Virus record (IMG/VR): IMGVR_UViG_3300036985_007703
Coordinates: 96,001 to 160,000 of that record
From: a virus
Length of the DNA stretch: 64,000 nucleotides
Direction: 5' to 3' (one strand)
In this document: positions 8,676-17,534 of the stretch, in pieces
How the letters are laid out: the number at the start of each line of letters is the position of its first letter
Numbering within the stretch: the stretch's first letter is position 1
The notes under the pieces: generated by a model
Database searches by the model: none
Told to the model about the DNA's origin: nothing
The model's input: only the letters and a program-made list of their open reading frames with translations
Program-made: the position numbers and the translations under genes

Positions 8676-9248
8676 TCACGCCCCTTCGATCCGCTGCGCG
8701 GCGACCACCTGCTCCTCGGCCGTCTCCAGATCGCCCGCCCGCAACGCCTTGAGCGCCACGAGGGCCGCCCCCTGCGCCTTGGGGCTCCACTCAGCCATCC
8801 AGTTGTCCCCCGCGGCCACGTGCCCATGGAACTTCCGCATCGCGTTGAGCGCCTTAGCGTCCGCCGCCGTGAGGACCCATGCCTTATCCGCTGGCCCCAT
8901 CCGGCCGCCCCACTTATTCCCCTCTGCCTCAATCATCGCGCGCATGCCAGCATAGTCCTGGCTCTCGCCGAAGGCCCGCGCAAGCCCCTTTGAGGAGTGC
9001 CGCTGGGCCGCGGGGACCTTCACCAAGATCCCCTTGGGGGACCGCATGACCTTGAACTTCGGCTTTTCCGCTGCAGCCTGCCGCTTGATCCGCTTGCGCA
9101 TGCCCTTGCTGGTCTTTACCCACTTGCCAAAGACCATCTTCTCGTCTGCGCCATGCTGCGCCAGCTCCTCGGGCGCGTGCTTCTGCGCCACGTCCCGCAG
9201 GGTCATGGCCTCTTGGAGATCCTCGATCAATCGCCTCATGCTTCGCAT
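8676..9248 (-). CDS. leader-bearing basic two-part protein
   Basis: MRSMRRLIEDLQE/A; internal GMRAMIE/A; AGGAG RBS. Confidence 0.75.
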   Translation of the reverse strand: MRSMRRLIEDLQEAMTLRDVAQKHAPEELAQHGADEKMVFGKWVKTSKGMRKRIKRQAAAEKPKFKVMRSPKGILVKVPAAQRHSSKGLARAFGESQDYAGMRAMIEAEGNKWGGRMGPADKAWVLTAADAKALNAMRKFHGHVAAGDNWMAEWSPKAQGAALVALKALRAGDLETAEEQVVAAQRIEGA

Positions 9249-9261
9249 CGTCGTCTCCTGC

Positions 9262-9717
9262 TCACACGGCCTTGAGGCCGCTCGCAAAGGCGCGGTCCCG
9301 CGCCGGTTGTACCCGCTCCGTCCGGTAGGCCCGGTTGAGGCTCTTGCGGATCACGCTCCGGTCCACGCTGCGCCCCACGTCCGCGAGGGCCGCGCGCATC
9401 CGGCCGTCGTCCGCCAGGGCCTCCGCGTCCCGCAGGCGCCAGCGCGCCGTCCACCAGTAGCCCAGGGGGCTGCGCGTCCACCGCAGGAGGACCCACGGGG
9501 TCCCGCCCGCCCAGCGGGGGGCCCGCACCGTGAGGCGCACCTCGCCCCCGCCCAGGCGCCCCCGGATCGGGGCCCGCAGCCGCCCCTGCACCCAGCCCGC
9601 CGTGCGCTCCAGGGGCGCCGTCCACCGCGCAGGCGCATTGGGCCGCACACGCCCCCCGTGCGTCAGCACGGTCAGCACGTGGTCCAGGGCCAGCTGCACG
9701 GCGTCATCGGGGGTCAT
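9262..9717 (-). CDS. hypothetical Arg/Trp-rich protein
   Basis: 151 aa ORF, ATGA-coupled to the upstream gene. Confidence 0.6.
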   Translation of the reverse strand: MTPDDAVQLALDHVLTVLTHGGRVRPNAPARWTAPLERTAGWVQGRLRAPIRGRLGGGEVRLTVRAPRWAGGTPWVLLRWTRSPLGYWWTARWRLRDAEALADDGRMRAALADVGRSVDRSVIRKSLNRAYRTERVQPARDRAFASGLKAV

Positions 9718-10118
9718 CGGCGGCGCTTGTCCCGCATGCTATCCGGTGGCCAGTCCATGCGATCCGCCGGGTCGCTCGGCTGCTTGGGCTCCTCATGGCG
9801 CACGTCCACCGTGAGGCCGTCGCGCCCCGGCAGCGTGATGCGCTTGCCCAGCTTCCCGGCCAGCATCTTCTGGACCTTGGCCGCGGGGACGTCCGCGCGC
9901 TCCAGCGCGGCGCGGAGGTCATCCTCGTCTACCGGCCACTGCTCGATGGCGCCCTCGCTGACATCGTAGATCTCCTCGTCGCTCAGGTCGGCCACCCACC
10001 CCTCGTCCGGGTCCAGCACGAAGGCCGTGACCTTGACCCGCGTGTGGCTCGTGACCGTCTCCATGCGCCCCGCGCGCCCCTCGACCAGCGCCCGCAGGCG
10101 GCTGCTCAGCGTGCCCAT
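9714..10118 (-). CDS. leader-bearing hypothetical protein
   Basis: MGTLSSRLRALVE/G; AGGAGG RBS. Confidence 0.75.
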   Translation of the reverse strand: MGTLSSRLRALVEGRAGRMETVTSHTRVKVTAFVLDPDEGWVADLSDEEIYDVSEGAIEQWPVDEDDLRAALERADVPAAKVQKMLAGKLGKRITLPGRDGLTVDVRHEEPKQPSDPADRMDWPPDSMRDKRRR

Positions 10119-10131
10119 CGTCGCCTCCTTG

Positions 10132-10740
10132 CTACATCCCGCGGCGGTCGCCCGCTGCGTTCTTGCCCGCCGTCGTCAGGCTCAGCGCCCCCGCCTTGTT
10201 CTTAGCCAACATCTTCTTGGCCACCAGGGCATCGATCTCGTCCGAGGTCACCTTGTTGTCCGCCAACAGCTCCTTCCGGTACGCCGACGTGAAGCCCATC
10301 ATGGCCAGGATGCGCGCCTCGCGCTCCGTCACGTCCGCGTTGCCCGGCAGCAGGGGCGCCAGCGCGCTCGGGTGCACGTAGATGCTCGCCGAGGTCCCGT
10401 GGTAGCCCGTGGTCCCCACGATCGCCGCCCCGTCCGGCGGCAAGGGATAGCGCTCCTGCACGGTGTCGATCGACCGGCTCGTAAACATGTTGGCCCCGCC
10501 CCAGGAGCCCTCGGAGGCCTTGTAAACCCCGGTCGCCAGGTTGACGACCACAGCAAAGCCCTTCTGGCCGTCCCCCGCGTAGGGGTTCAGGTCGACATCC
10601 GTGCGCGCCGACACGTGGATGTCCCGGCGCCCGTAGCCCACGCTCTTCAGGGCCTTCTGCAGGGGCGCCGGCAGCTCCTTCACCGCCACCGCCGTGCCGC
10701 CGCTAAGCCCCTCTTCCAGTCGCTCCAACAACGCTCTCAT
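10132..10740 (-). CDS. leader-bearing protein with possible C-terminal winged helix
   Basis: MRALLERLEE/G; C-terminus EIDALVAKKMLAKNKAGALSLTTAGK is wHTH-like. Confidence 0.75.
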   Translation of the reverse strand: MRALLERLEEGLSGGTAVAVKELPAPLQKALKSVGYGRRDIHVSARTDVDLNPYAGDGQKGFAVVVNLATGVYKASEGSWGGANMFTSRSIDTVQERYPLPPDGAAIVGTTGYHGTSASIYVHPSALAPLLPGNADVTEREARILAMMGFTSAYRKELLADNKVTSDEIDALVAKKMLAKNKAGALSLTTAGKNAAGDRRGM

Positions 10741-10973
10741 GGCTTCCTCACCACGCGGTCCATCCGGCCGCGCCGCTCCAGCTCCGCCAGCATCTCGTCC
10801 TTCGCCGCCCCCACCCAGACCTGGCCCGTGCTCGGCGACCACAGGATCTCCTCGCCCGCCGCGTAGGCCCCGCCGATCCCCGTGCCCGCGCGGGGCGCCG
10901 GTTTTAGCTCCATGGGCAGGCCCTCGCGGCGGACCCGGAAACCCTCCTCCAAGCGGGTCAGCAGGGCGCGCAT
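10737..10973 (-). CDS. leader-bearing small protein (paralog of 10979-11251)
   Basis: MRALLTRLEE/G; AYAAGEEILWSP. Confidence 0.7.
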   Translation of the reverse strand: MRALLTRLEEGFRVRREGLPMELKPAPRAGTGIGGAYAAGEEILWSPSTGQVWVGAAKDEMLAELERRGRMDRVVRKP

Positions 10974-10978
10974 CGCCC

Positions 10979-11251
10979 TCAGTAGCCCCCGCCCATGAAG
11001 GCCTCGTCGTCCCGCGCCGCCTGGAACTCGCGCCACGCCTTGTCCTTGTTGGCGCCCGCCAGGATGAGCTTGTCGTTGGGGTAGTAGAGGACCTCCTCGC
11101 CCTTCTTGTAGGCCAGGCCCTTGGCATCGGTCCCCGCGGCCTTCGCCTTCATCAGGTAGGGGTCACGCCCGCGCCCGCCGCTGCGCCCCCCCCACTCCAC
11201 GATCGTCCGCAGGTCCGCCGCCAAGGCCCGTAGGTTCCGTGCCATCGTCAT
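10979..11251 (-). CDS. leader-bearing small protein (paralog of 10737-10973)
   Basis: MTMARNLRALAADLRTIVE/W; AYKKGEEVLYYP; AAGGAG RBS. Confidence 0.7.
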   Translation of the reverse strand: MTMARNLRALAADLRTIVEWGGRSGGRGRDPYLMKAKAAGTDAKGLAYKKGEEVLYYPNDKLILAGANKDKAWREFQAARDDEAFMGGGY

Positions 11252-11258
11252 CGCTCCT

Positions 11259-11276
11259 TGCGCATGCGCATACGCA
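11259..11276. repeat. 18-bp palindromic motif copy 3 (intergenic)
   Basis: TGCGCATGCGCATACGCA. Confidence 0.9.
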
Positions 11277-11285
11277 GCGCCGTTG

Positions 11286-11717
11286 TCACTTGTCCTCGAC
11301 CAGCAGCCCCGGCTTGGGGCCGTCGACCACCGTGCGGTCCGCCGAGGGGCTGTCCTCACGGTCGGCCGCCTCCTGGTCCGCCACGTCCATGGCGCTCGTG
11401 TCCGCCCACTGGGGCTGCGCCGCATCGGGGTCCCCCGCCGGCGCCGCCACCGGCGCCCGGCTGAGGGCCGCCGTGACCGCCATGGCCACGGCCTCGCCCT
11501 GCTTGGCCGCCCGGCGCACCGCGATGGCCGCGCCCTGTTGCCCGTGGTCCGCGATGCCCTGCGCGAGGAGCCACGCCCCGACGAGCCCAAGGACCGTCAG
11601 CATGGTCTCCTCGTCGATGCGCTTTCCCGTCAGCGCGTTGGTCAGGTACGCCGCCACGCTGATGAGCATCACGATCAACTTCCGGCTCTCGATCTTCAGC
11701 TTCGCCAGCCACGTCAT
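11286..11717 (-). CDS. holin-like membrane protein
   Basis: ESRKLIVMLISVAAYL...VLGLVGAWLLAQGIADHG: two TM helices with the SRK...GQG.AD holin-like pattern. Confidence 0.65.
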   Translation of the reverse strand: MTWLAKLKIESRKLIVMLISVAAYLTNALTGKRIDEETMLTVLGLVGAWLLAQGIADHGQQGAAIAVRRAAKQGEAVAMAVTAALSRAPVAAPAGDPDAAQPQWADTSAMDVADQEAADREDSPSADRTVVDGPKPGLLVEDK

Positions 11718-11725
11718 GGATCACC

Positions 11726-12382
11726 TCACGCAGTCTTGACCAACGCCGCGATGCCCAACCCGATGGGCGCCGCTGCCGCCATCATATCCGACTTGCTGGC
11801 CCCCAGCACGATCTCCTCGATCGCGTGGGGCTGCAGCTCCAGCTCCATCATGCTCACCTCGGCGCTGTTCGCGTCGAAGTCCGTCCCCGCCTTGTACCGC
11901 GTGGGGAGGCAGTCCCAGAGGACCCAGACGCGCCCCGGCACGAACGAGGCGCCCTCCCAGGTCTCCAGGGGGGCCGGGAGGTCGAGGTTGTAGCCCCCCG
12001 CCTCCTGGAAGGCGTTCACGCCCGTGTAGTGGATGAGGAGCAGGGTGCGCTGCACCATGTCGGAGCCGCGCATCGCCCGCTTCACCCAGTCGTACAGCGT
12101 GTCGTCGTTCATGCGGGCCCCGCGCGTCAGCGAGATCGGCCCGCAGCCGCCCCCCTCGTAGGCCACCGTGGTCCACATGGAGTTGAGCTGCTTGATCTCC
12201 CGCGTCTGCAGGGTGATCTCCGGGGCCGTGATGCTCGCGAACCCGTACATGGGCGAGCCCAACACGAAGAAGGGGAAGGTCGTCGAGGGGATCAGGTCCA
12301 GCAGCCAGAAGCGGTGCGCCTGCAGCAGGTCGAACATGCGACTCTTGCTGACCGCCTTGAGCGTGTTCCGCACATCGACCAC
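11726..12382 (-). CDS. second tail tube-like protein (T4 gp19 family; possible tube initiator)
   Basis: GFASITAPEITL, ISLTRG, LYDW, WVLWDCLPTRYKAGTDFDANSAEVSMMELEL. Confidence 0.85.
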   Translation of the reverse strand: MVDVRNTLKAVSKSRMFDLLQAHRFWLLDLIPSTTFPFFVLGSPMYGFASITAPEITLQTREIKQLNSMWTTVAYEGGGCGPISLTRGARMNDDTLYDWVKRAMRGSDMVQRTLLLIHYTGVNAFQEAGGYNLDLPAPLETWEGASFVPGRVWVLWDCLPTRYKAGTDFDANSAEVSMMELELQPHAIEEIVLGASKSDMMAAAAPIGLGIAALVKTA

Positions 12383-12430
12383 TGCCTACCTCATGGCCCC
12401 GCGCCCCCCGCCGCGGGGAGGCCGCAGGGA

Positions 12431-12949
12431 TCAGACCGTCTCACCGTTGATCTTCAGCTCGACCGACTCGACCGCGAGGCCGAACTCGGCGATCGACACG
12501 TCGCCGCTCGTCGCGTCCATGTCCGCCGCGAGCTTCACGCGGATCGGCACGCACTCCCGGCAGATGTACTCGCGCGTCGCGCCGCTGGCCGCCACGAGGT
12601 TGGCGCCGAAGGCGTCCTCGCGGCTGAAGTGCAGGATCTGGAGGTCGGCGCGGTACTCGCCGCCCTTCGCCGCGCTCTGGCCCCAGCGCCAGAAGTCGCT
12701 ATCCAGGGCCGTGATGCCGCGGGTCAGGGTGACCTCGCTGAACGTCGGGATGCCGCTGAGCTTCTTCGTGAAGATCGTCGTGCCCTCACGGTACTCCACG
12801 GCGTCCATCGTCAGCTCGGGGATGCTCAGCGTGTTGAAGCCCGCCTGGACCTTGAACACGTCCCCCTGCGACCCGATGGGCGAGCCGTCGATGACCCGCG
12901 CGTGGTAGCGGAAATTCTGAAAGAAGTCGGTCGTGATTGCCCGTGCCAT
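12431..12949 (-). CDS. tail tube protein (T4 gp19 family)
   Basis: DFFQNFRY, AGFNTLSIPELT, VEYREG, VTLTRG, DMDATSGDVSIAE. Confidence 0.9.
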   Translation of the reverse strand: MARAITTDFFQNFRYHARVIDGSPIGSQGDVFKVQAGFNTLSIPELTMDAVEYREGTTIFTKKLSGIPTFSEVTLTRGITALDSDFWRWGQSAAKGGEYRADLQILHFSREDAFGANLVAASGATREYICRECVPIRVKLAADMDATSGDVSIAEFGLAVESVELKINGETV

Positions 12950-12980
12950 ATCTGCTCCTTTTGTCCTTCTAGCCCGGCCC

Positions 12981-13436
12981 TCAGCCCGGCAGCGTTTCCG
13001 TCCCGATGACGCCCGGCAGCGTCTGCGGCCAGCCCCTGAACGCGCACACCACCACGCGCCCCAGCGCGGTGCAGGCGAGCGAACTCTCCACCTTGAGCTT
13101 CCACCCCGGCGGCACGAGGACCCCGTTGCTGCCGAAGCGCAAGGAGCCCGTCCCCGCCGCGAGGCTCTCGACCTTGTAGACGTTGTTGGTGCCGTCCACG
13201 AGGCTCACCGTGATCGTCGGGGATCCCCCCGTGGGGAGGTTCCACGCCACGTACTCCACCCGCATGCCGACGCGCGCGTGGGCCGGGAAGAGCCCACCCT
13301 TGGTCCCCGCCGTGAAGACCTGGATGCGCCCGCGCTCGATCGTCTCCTCCGAGCTGACGCCATCCGTGGCCGTCCCATCGATGTGGCCCGAGGTCGCCAC
13401 CTCATGGATTTTCATCACCGCAAATACATCCGTCAT
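12981..13436 (-). CDS. hypothetical virion protein between sheath and tube
   Basis: 151 aa beta-rich ORF with GAGGAGG RBS. Confidence 0.65.
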   Translation of the reverse strand: MTDVFAVMKIHEVATSGHIDGTATDGVSSEETIERGRIQVFTAGTKGGLFPAHARVGMRVEYVAWNLPTGGSPTITVSLVDGTNNVYKVESLAAGTGSLRFGSNGVLVPPGWKLKVESSLACTALGRVVVCAFRGWPQTLPGVIGTETLPG

Positions 13437-13477
13437 CGCCGCCTCCTCTGGCTGCGCCTACCGCCCGCCGCGCTCGC

Positions 13478-16027
13478 TCACACCAGGGCCTTCTGCGAGA
13501 AACGGAACACTATGAACTCCGCGGGCTTGTTCGACGCGAGGCCCACGTCAACGAACATGAGGCCCTGGTCCACGGTGTTCTGCGGGTTGTTGGTCTTGTC
13601 GCAGATCACGAAGAAGGCCTCCTTGGGCGAGGTCCCCGCGAAGTACCCTTGCTGGAAGAGGCCGAGCAGGAACGTGTCGAGCTGGAGCTTCACGCGGCCC
13701 CACAACTGGGGCCCATTGTTCTCGAAGACATGCACGTGAGTCGCGTTGAACACGCTCTTCTCCACGAACTGGAACAAGCGCGTCATCTGGATGTAAGGCC
13801 AATCGCCGCCCGCGATGTCGAGGGTCTTGGCGCCCCAGATCACGCGGCCCGTCTGCGGCCAGCTCACGAGGCAGTTGAGCTTGTCCTGGTAGCAGATGCC
13901 CACCTGCAGCGGGGTGAGGTCGCGCTCCAGGCCGATCTGCCAGCTCAGCGCGCCGTCGCCCGTGCCGGCCGGCGCCTTGCCGACGTTCTTGTTGATGTCG
14001 GTCGTCGCGTAGCGTCCCGCCACGTGGCCGCCGCAGGGCAGGTTGATGGCCGCCTGGGTCACGGGGTCGATCACGCGCACGTGCGGGTAGTACACCGCGG
14101 CGTACTTCGTGAAGCGGCCCAGGGTGAACTTCTTCCAGTTCACGGCCTCTTGCGGTTCCAGGCCCTCCGGCGCGGTGAAGATCGCGAACTTGTCCTTGCG
14201 GAGCATGGCGTAGTCGATGACGTCCGTGCAGACCAGCTCGTCGGTTTGGAAGTCGGCGACCACGACGCTCATCATCGCGTCCACTTGGTCGAGGGCGTAG
14301 AGGCCCTTGTAGTCCGCGACGAGCGTGGCGCCCGTCACGTCGCTGCGGTCGAGGGCCGAGCCGTCGGCGCCGTCGAAGAACTGCACGACCACGGCCGCGC
14401 CGGGCTGCGTGTAGTAGGTCGCGGTCTGCGGCTTCGTGATCGGGGCCTGGGCGGGGTAGGTGTCCGCCGTGGGGCCCGCGGCCGGGTTGCCCGCGATCTT
14501 CCACGTCAGCGTGCAGGCGCCCGTGGTGTAGTCCACGCGGTTCGTGCCGTTGCTGTTGAGGGCGTAGGCGCCGCAGGGGCGCTGCAGGCTGAGGTTGCCG
14601 TTGCCGTCGTCGATCACGACGGGCCCGTAGTAAAGCTGCGTGATGCGCACCGCCGCCACCCCGTCGAACGTGTCGGCGAGCCCGCTCACATCGAGGGCCA
14701 GGGCCCCTGTCAGGTAGTTCACGGTGCCCACGGTGGTGCCCGTGCAGTTGCCGGCCACGACCAGCTTGAGGTTGCCCGCGCCGTCGTCGCCCGCGATCTT
14801 GGCGCCGTCCCCGTCCAGGGTAAAGCTCACGAGCACGCCCGCGGCCACCGAGGTCTTCGCGGTCGAGGTGTTGGGGTGGAGCTGGGTCGGCGTCGCCGGG
14901 GTCCATGCCCACGTGGTGTCCGTGACGAGCGGGATCGTCGTGATGATCGGCAGCGGGCTGTGCTTGAAGCCGAACTGCATCGCCAGGGTGGTCTTCGCCA
15001 CCGATGTGCCGATCTGGTACACGAACTCCTTGTTGGCGCCGTTGTAGGCCGGGGAGTTGCTGACGTCCCTGGACGCGTAGTGCGTGCCCGCCAGCTCGGG
15101 GGGCAGCTCGCGGTTGAAGGCCACGACCGCGGCGATGTCGGAACCCGCGTTGAGGTCGTTCAGCACCGTGGCGATGAACTGCGGGCTGCTCGCGTCATCG
15201 AGCACCACGCCCTGATAGGTCTCGAACGTGTTCCAGCCCTGGATTTTCTCGATGTACTCATCGATGGTCACGTCGAAGCGCGTGTAGCTCGCCGTGGCGG
15301 CCACGTAGTAGTCGGGGGTCCCGCTGACCACGGCGCGGTAGTTGTTGCCCGCGAGGCCCGGCCACTTCAGGTCGAAGCGGAAGGTCTCGTAGACCCAGCT
15401 TGCCGTGAGGAACTGGCCCGCCGGGAAGTCGGCCGGCGTGCCGAAGGTGAGGTGCACCTCGCCGGTCTCGTAGTCGATCGAGCCCGTGGTGTCCACGCCA
15501 TCGTCGAACCCGCCCGTGCCCGTGACGGTGAAGGTCCCATCGCCGTTGTCGGTGAAGGTGCCGATCTTCGGCACGACCTCGCCATCCGTCGTCGTCAGCA
15601 CCAAGGAGGCGGCCAGCGTGTAGGGGCTGGGGCCGTAGCTGCCGTGCGGGACCACCGGGGTCTTGGGCAGGCTGAAGCTGTAGCTCGCCGCGCTGTCGCC
15701 CTCCACCACGTCCATGCCCTGGACGTCTTTGGTGAGGAAGCAGCGCGCCTTCACGGCGTCGACCTCGTGGACCACGCGCACGAAGTACAAAGTGGTGCCG
15801 CCGTTCTGGAAGAACGCGTAGGCCTCGGTCGGGGCCAGCGAGGCCGCGGTGAAGTCGCCGAACTTGGCCGTGAACTCCTGGAAGGAGGTCACGATAGTCG
15901 GCTTGTTCGTCGGGCCTTTCTTGGAGAACCCGATCAGGCCGAGGTTGCTGGTGCTCACGCCCTGGATGGGGCCCGGCCCGCTGCTGCGCTCCTCGATGTA
16001 CACGCCCGGATAGTTACGCTCTGGCAT
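13478..16027 (-). CDS. contractile tail sheath protein with large insertion
   Basis: YPGVYIEE, GFSKKGP, FFQNGG, AVYYP, KAPAG, VIWGAKTL, AFFVICDKTNN, KPAEFIVFRFSQ. Confidence 0.95.
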   Translation of the reverse strand: MPERNYPGVYIEERSSGPGPIQGVSTSNLGLIGFSKKGPTNKPTIVTSFQEFTAKFGDFTAASLAPTEAYAFFQNGGTTLYFVRVVHEVDAVKARCFLTKDVQGMDVVEGDSAASYSFSLPKTPVVPHGSYGPSPYTLAASLVLTTTDGEVVPKIGTFTDNGDGTFTVTGTGGFDDGVDTTGSIDYETGEVHLTFGTPADFPAGQFLTASWVYETFRFDLKWPGLAGNNYRAVVSGTPDYYVAATASYTRFDVTIDEYIEKIQGWNTFETYQGVVLDDASSPQFIATVLNDLNAGSDIAAVVAFNRELPPELAGTHYASRDVSNSPAYNGANKEFVYQIGTSVAKTTLAMQFGFKHSPLPIITTIPLVTDTTWAWTPATPTQLHPNTSTAKTSVAAGVLVSFTLDGDGAKIAGDDGAGNLKLVVAGNCTGTTVGTVNYLTGALALDVSGLADTFDGVAAVRITQLYYGPVVIDDGNGNLSLQRPCGAYALNSNGTNRVDYTTGACTLTWKIAGNPAAGPTADTYPAQAPITKPQTATYYTQPGAAVVVQFFDGADGSALDRSDVTGATLVADYKGLYALDQVDAMMSVVVADFQTDELVCTDVIDYAMLRKDKFAIFTAPEGLEPQEAVNWKKFTLGRFTKYAAVYYPHVRVIDPVTQAAINLPCGGHVAGRYATTDINKNVGKAPAGTGDGALSWQIGLERDLTPLQVGICYQDKLNCLVSWPQTGRVIWGAKTLDIAGGDWPYIQMTRLFQFVEKSVFNATHVHVFENNGPQLWGRVKLQLDTFLLGLFQQGYFAGTSPKEAFFVICDKTNNPQNTVDQGLMFVDVGLASNKPAEFIVFRFSQKALV

Positions 16028-16112
16028 CTGTCGATCCTCCCGTCGCCCGCGCCATCCGGGCGGGCCGTCTTGCTAGTTCCCCGCGCCTCACGCGCGCGCT
16101 GTTGCCCGTCGT

Positions 16113-16556
16113 CTACCGCTTGCGCCGCCGCCCCCCCTCGGGGCTCTCCGCAGCGTCCCCCGCCTCCGCTGGCTGCTCCTGGTCCACCGTATCACCGGAC
16201 GGCGGGGCGATCACCTTTTCCCCCGCCGCCACGGCCCGCTCCAGGGCCGTGGGCTCGACCACGCCCACACTCACGGGGGGAAGATCGGGGTTGCGCGTGA
16301 CGCCGCGCTCCGAGAAGTAACCCGCGAACTTCGTGGGGGTCAGCGCCGTGCCGCCCCCCTCCACCTGCATGGGGTGCACGCCGGGCTTCGCGTCCGCGGG
16401 CCGCCCGCAAGGGCGCAGGACTCCGCGCTTCACCATGGACTCCGTGCTGGGCACGAGCTGGTGGACCTCCACCTTGCCGTACGGCGGCACCGCCACCGTG
16501 TTGCCCATGCCCGTTGCGACCGACTGCACCCGACTGCCCGTATAGAGGTACCACAT
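16113..16556 (-). CDS. hypothetical protein upstream of sheath
   Basis: MWYLYTGSRVQ...; start overlaps the previous stop; AGGAG upstream. Confidence 0.6.
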   Translation of the reverse strand: MWYLYTGSRVQSVATGMGNTVAVPPYGKVEVHQLVPSTESMVKRGVLRPCGRPADAKPGVHPMQVEGGGTALTPTKFAGYFSERGVTRNPDLPPVSVGVVEPTALERAVAAGEKVIAPPSGDTVDQEQPAEAGDAAESPEGGRRRKR

Positions 16557-17272
16557 TAGAACTTCGCTCCTTGCCCGCCCACCGCAGGCCGGTAGTTGTA
16601 CATCGCCAAATCCACGACCTGCAGCGCCGGCCAATTCTCCGACTCGCAGAGGTCGATCTCCGCCCGCACCGTCCACGACACCGTGAAGCCCACCGAGCGG
16701 TTCGCGATGTCCGTGAGGTCGGACACGTCCGAGATGTTCAGGTCGCCCGTGTCGTAATGCCGCACGTCCCCCTTGCTGTCGGTGACGGCCAGGGGGAACC
16801 ACGGCGGCTTGCACGCCCGCAGGATCTGCATGAGCATCCGCGTGGAGTCCGTGCGCAGGCGCGCGAAGCCCTGCACGTCATAGGCGAAATTGAAGGGGTG
16901 CGCGTTCCAGCGCTCCGCATACTGGTCATAGCCGCGCTCGCCCGTGGGGAGGACCACGGGGCGCGCCCCCGGCGCCGCGATGCGCTCGGTGCCGTACCAC
17001 GGCGCCCGGTCGTAGGCCACGTCCAGGCTGTTCCGCTTGATCACGTACGCCGGCAGGATGTGGTGCTGGTAGGCGTCGTCCGGCGCGCCCCAGAAGATGG
17101 GCACGCGCCCCCCGAGGTGGGCGAGGTCCGTGGGGAGGTCGCGCACGGTCACCGCATAGGCCTGGCGCTGCGTGCCGTCCACGGCGTAGCTCACCAGCTC
17201 GCCGCCGAAGGCCCGCATCACGCCCTCATCAAAGGCGCGGATGCCCACGGTGCTAAACGCGCTCTCGACCAC
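16556..17272 (-). CDS. putative tail completion/terminator protein (gp15-like)
   Basis: 238 aa; VPIFWGAPDD, LPAYVIKR, PFNFAYDV pattern; lies between neck and sheath. Confidence 0.6.
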   Translation of the reverse strand: MVESAFSTVGIRAFDEGVMRAFGGELVSYAVDGTQRQAYAVTVRDLPTDLAHLGGRVPIFWGAPDDAYQHHILPAYVIKRNSLDVAYDRAPWYGTERIAAPGARPVVLPTGERGYDQYAERWNAHPFNFAYDVQGFARLRTDSTRMLMQILRACKPPWFPLAVTDSKGDVRHYDTGDLNISDVSDLTDIANRSVGFTVSWTVRAEIDLCESENWPALQVVDLAMYNYRPAVGGQGAKF

Positions 17273-17292
17273 CTCGGCTCCTCACCGCGGGC

Positions 17293-17310
17293 TGCGCATG
17301 CGCATGCGCG
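17293..17310. repeat. 18-bp palindromic motif copy 4 (intergenic)
   Basis: TGCGCATGCGCATGCGCG. Confidence 0.9.
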
Positions 17311-17312
17311 GC

Positions 17313-17495
17313 CTACTCGTCGTCGTCATCGGGGGCATCGTCCCCCTCGTCGTCATCGTCGTCGTCGTCATCCTCGTCCCCCTCCTCGCCGGTCGCCACC
17401 GCGAGCGCCGTCTGCAGCGCGCCGTTCTGGCGCCGCAGCAACTCCGTCTCGATGTCCCCGAGCGTGCGATTCAACTGATCCAGCTTGTTCGGCAT
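17313..17495 (-). CDS. small protein with poly-Asp/Glu tail
   Basis: MPNKLDQLNRTL...GEEGDEDDDDDDDDEGDDAPDDDDE; AAGGAG RBS. Confidence 0.65.
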   Translation of the reverse strand: MPNKLDQLNRTLGDIETELLRRQNGALQTALAVATGEEGDEDDDDDDDDEGDDAPDDDDE

Positions 17496-17534
17496 GATGC
17501 TCTCCTTGGCTGTGCAACCCGACAACAGTCCGCA

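Noticed and set aside
11726-17272. Extracellular contractile injection system or tailocin (sheath plus two tubes)
   Set aside because: Portal, terminase, protease, capsid and neck genes are in the same operon, so this is a complete phage.
17315-17385. (GTC)n trinucleotide runs here and at about 34510-34545, and (CTG)n at about 38262-38280
   Set aside because: They are explained by poly-Asp/Glu and poly-Gln coding.
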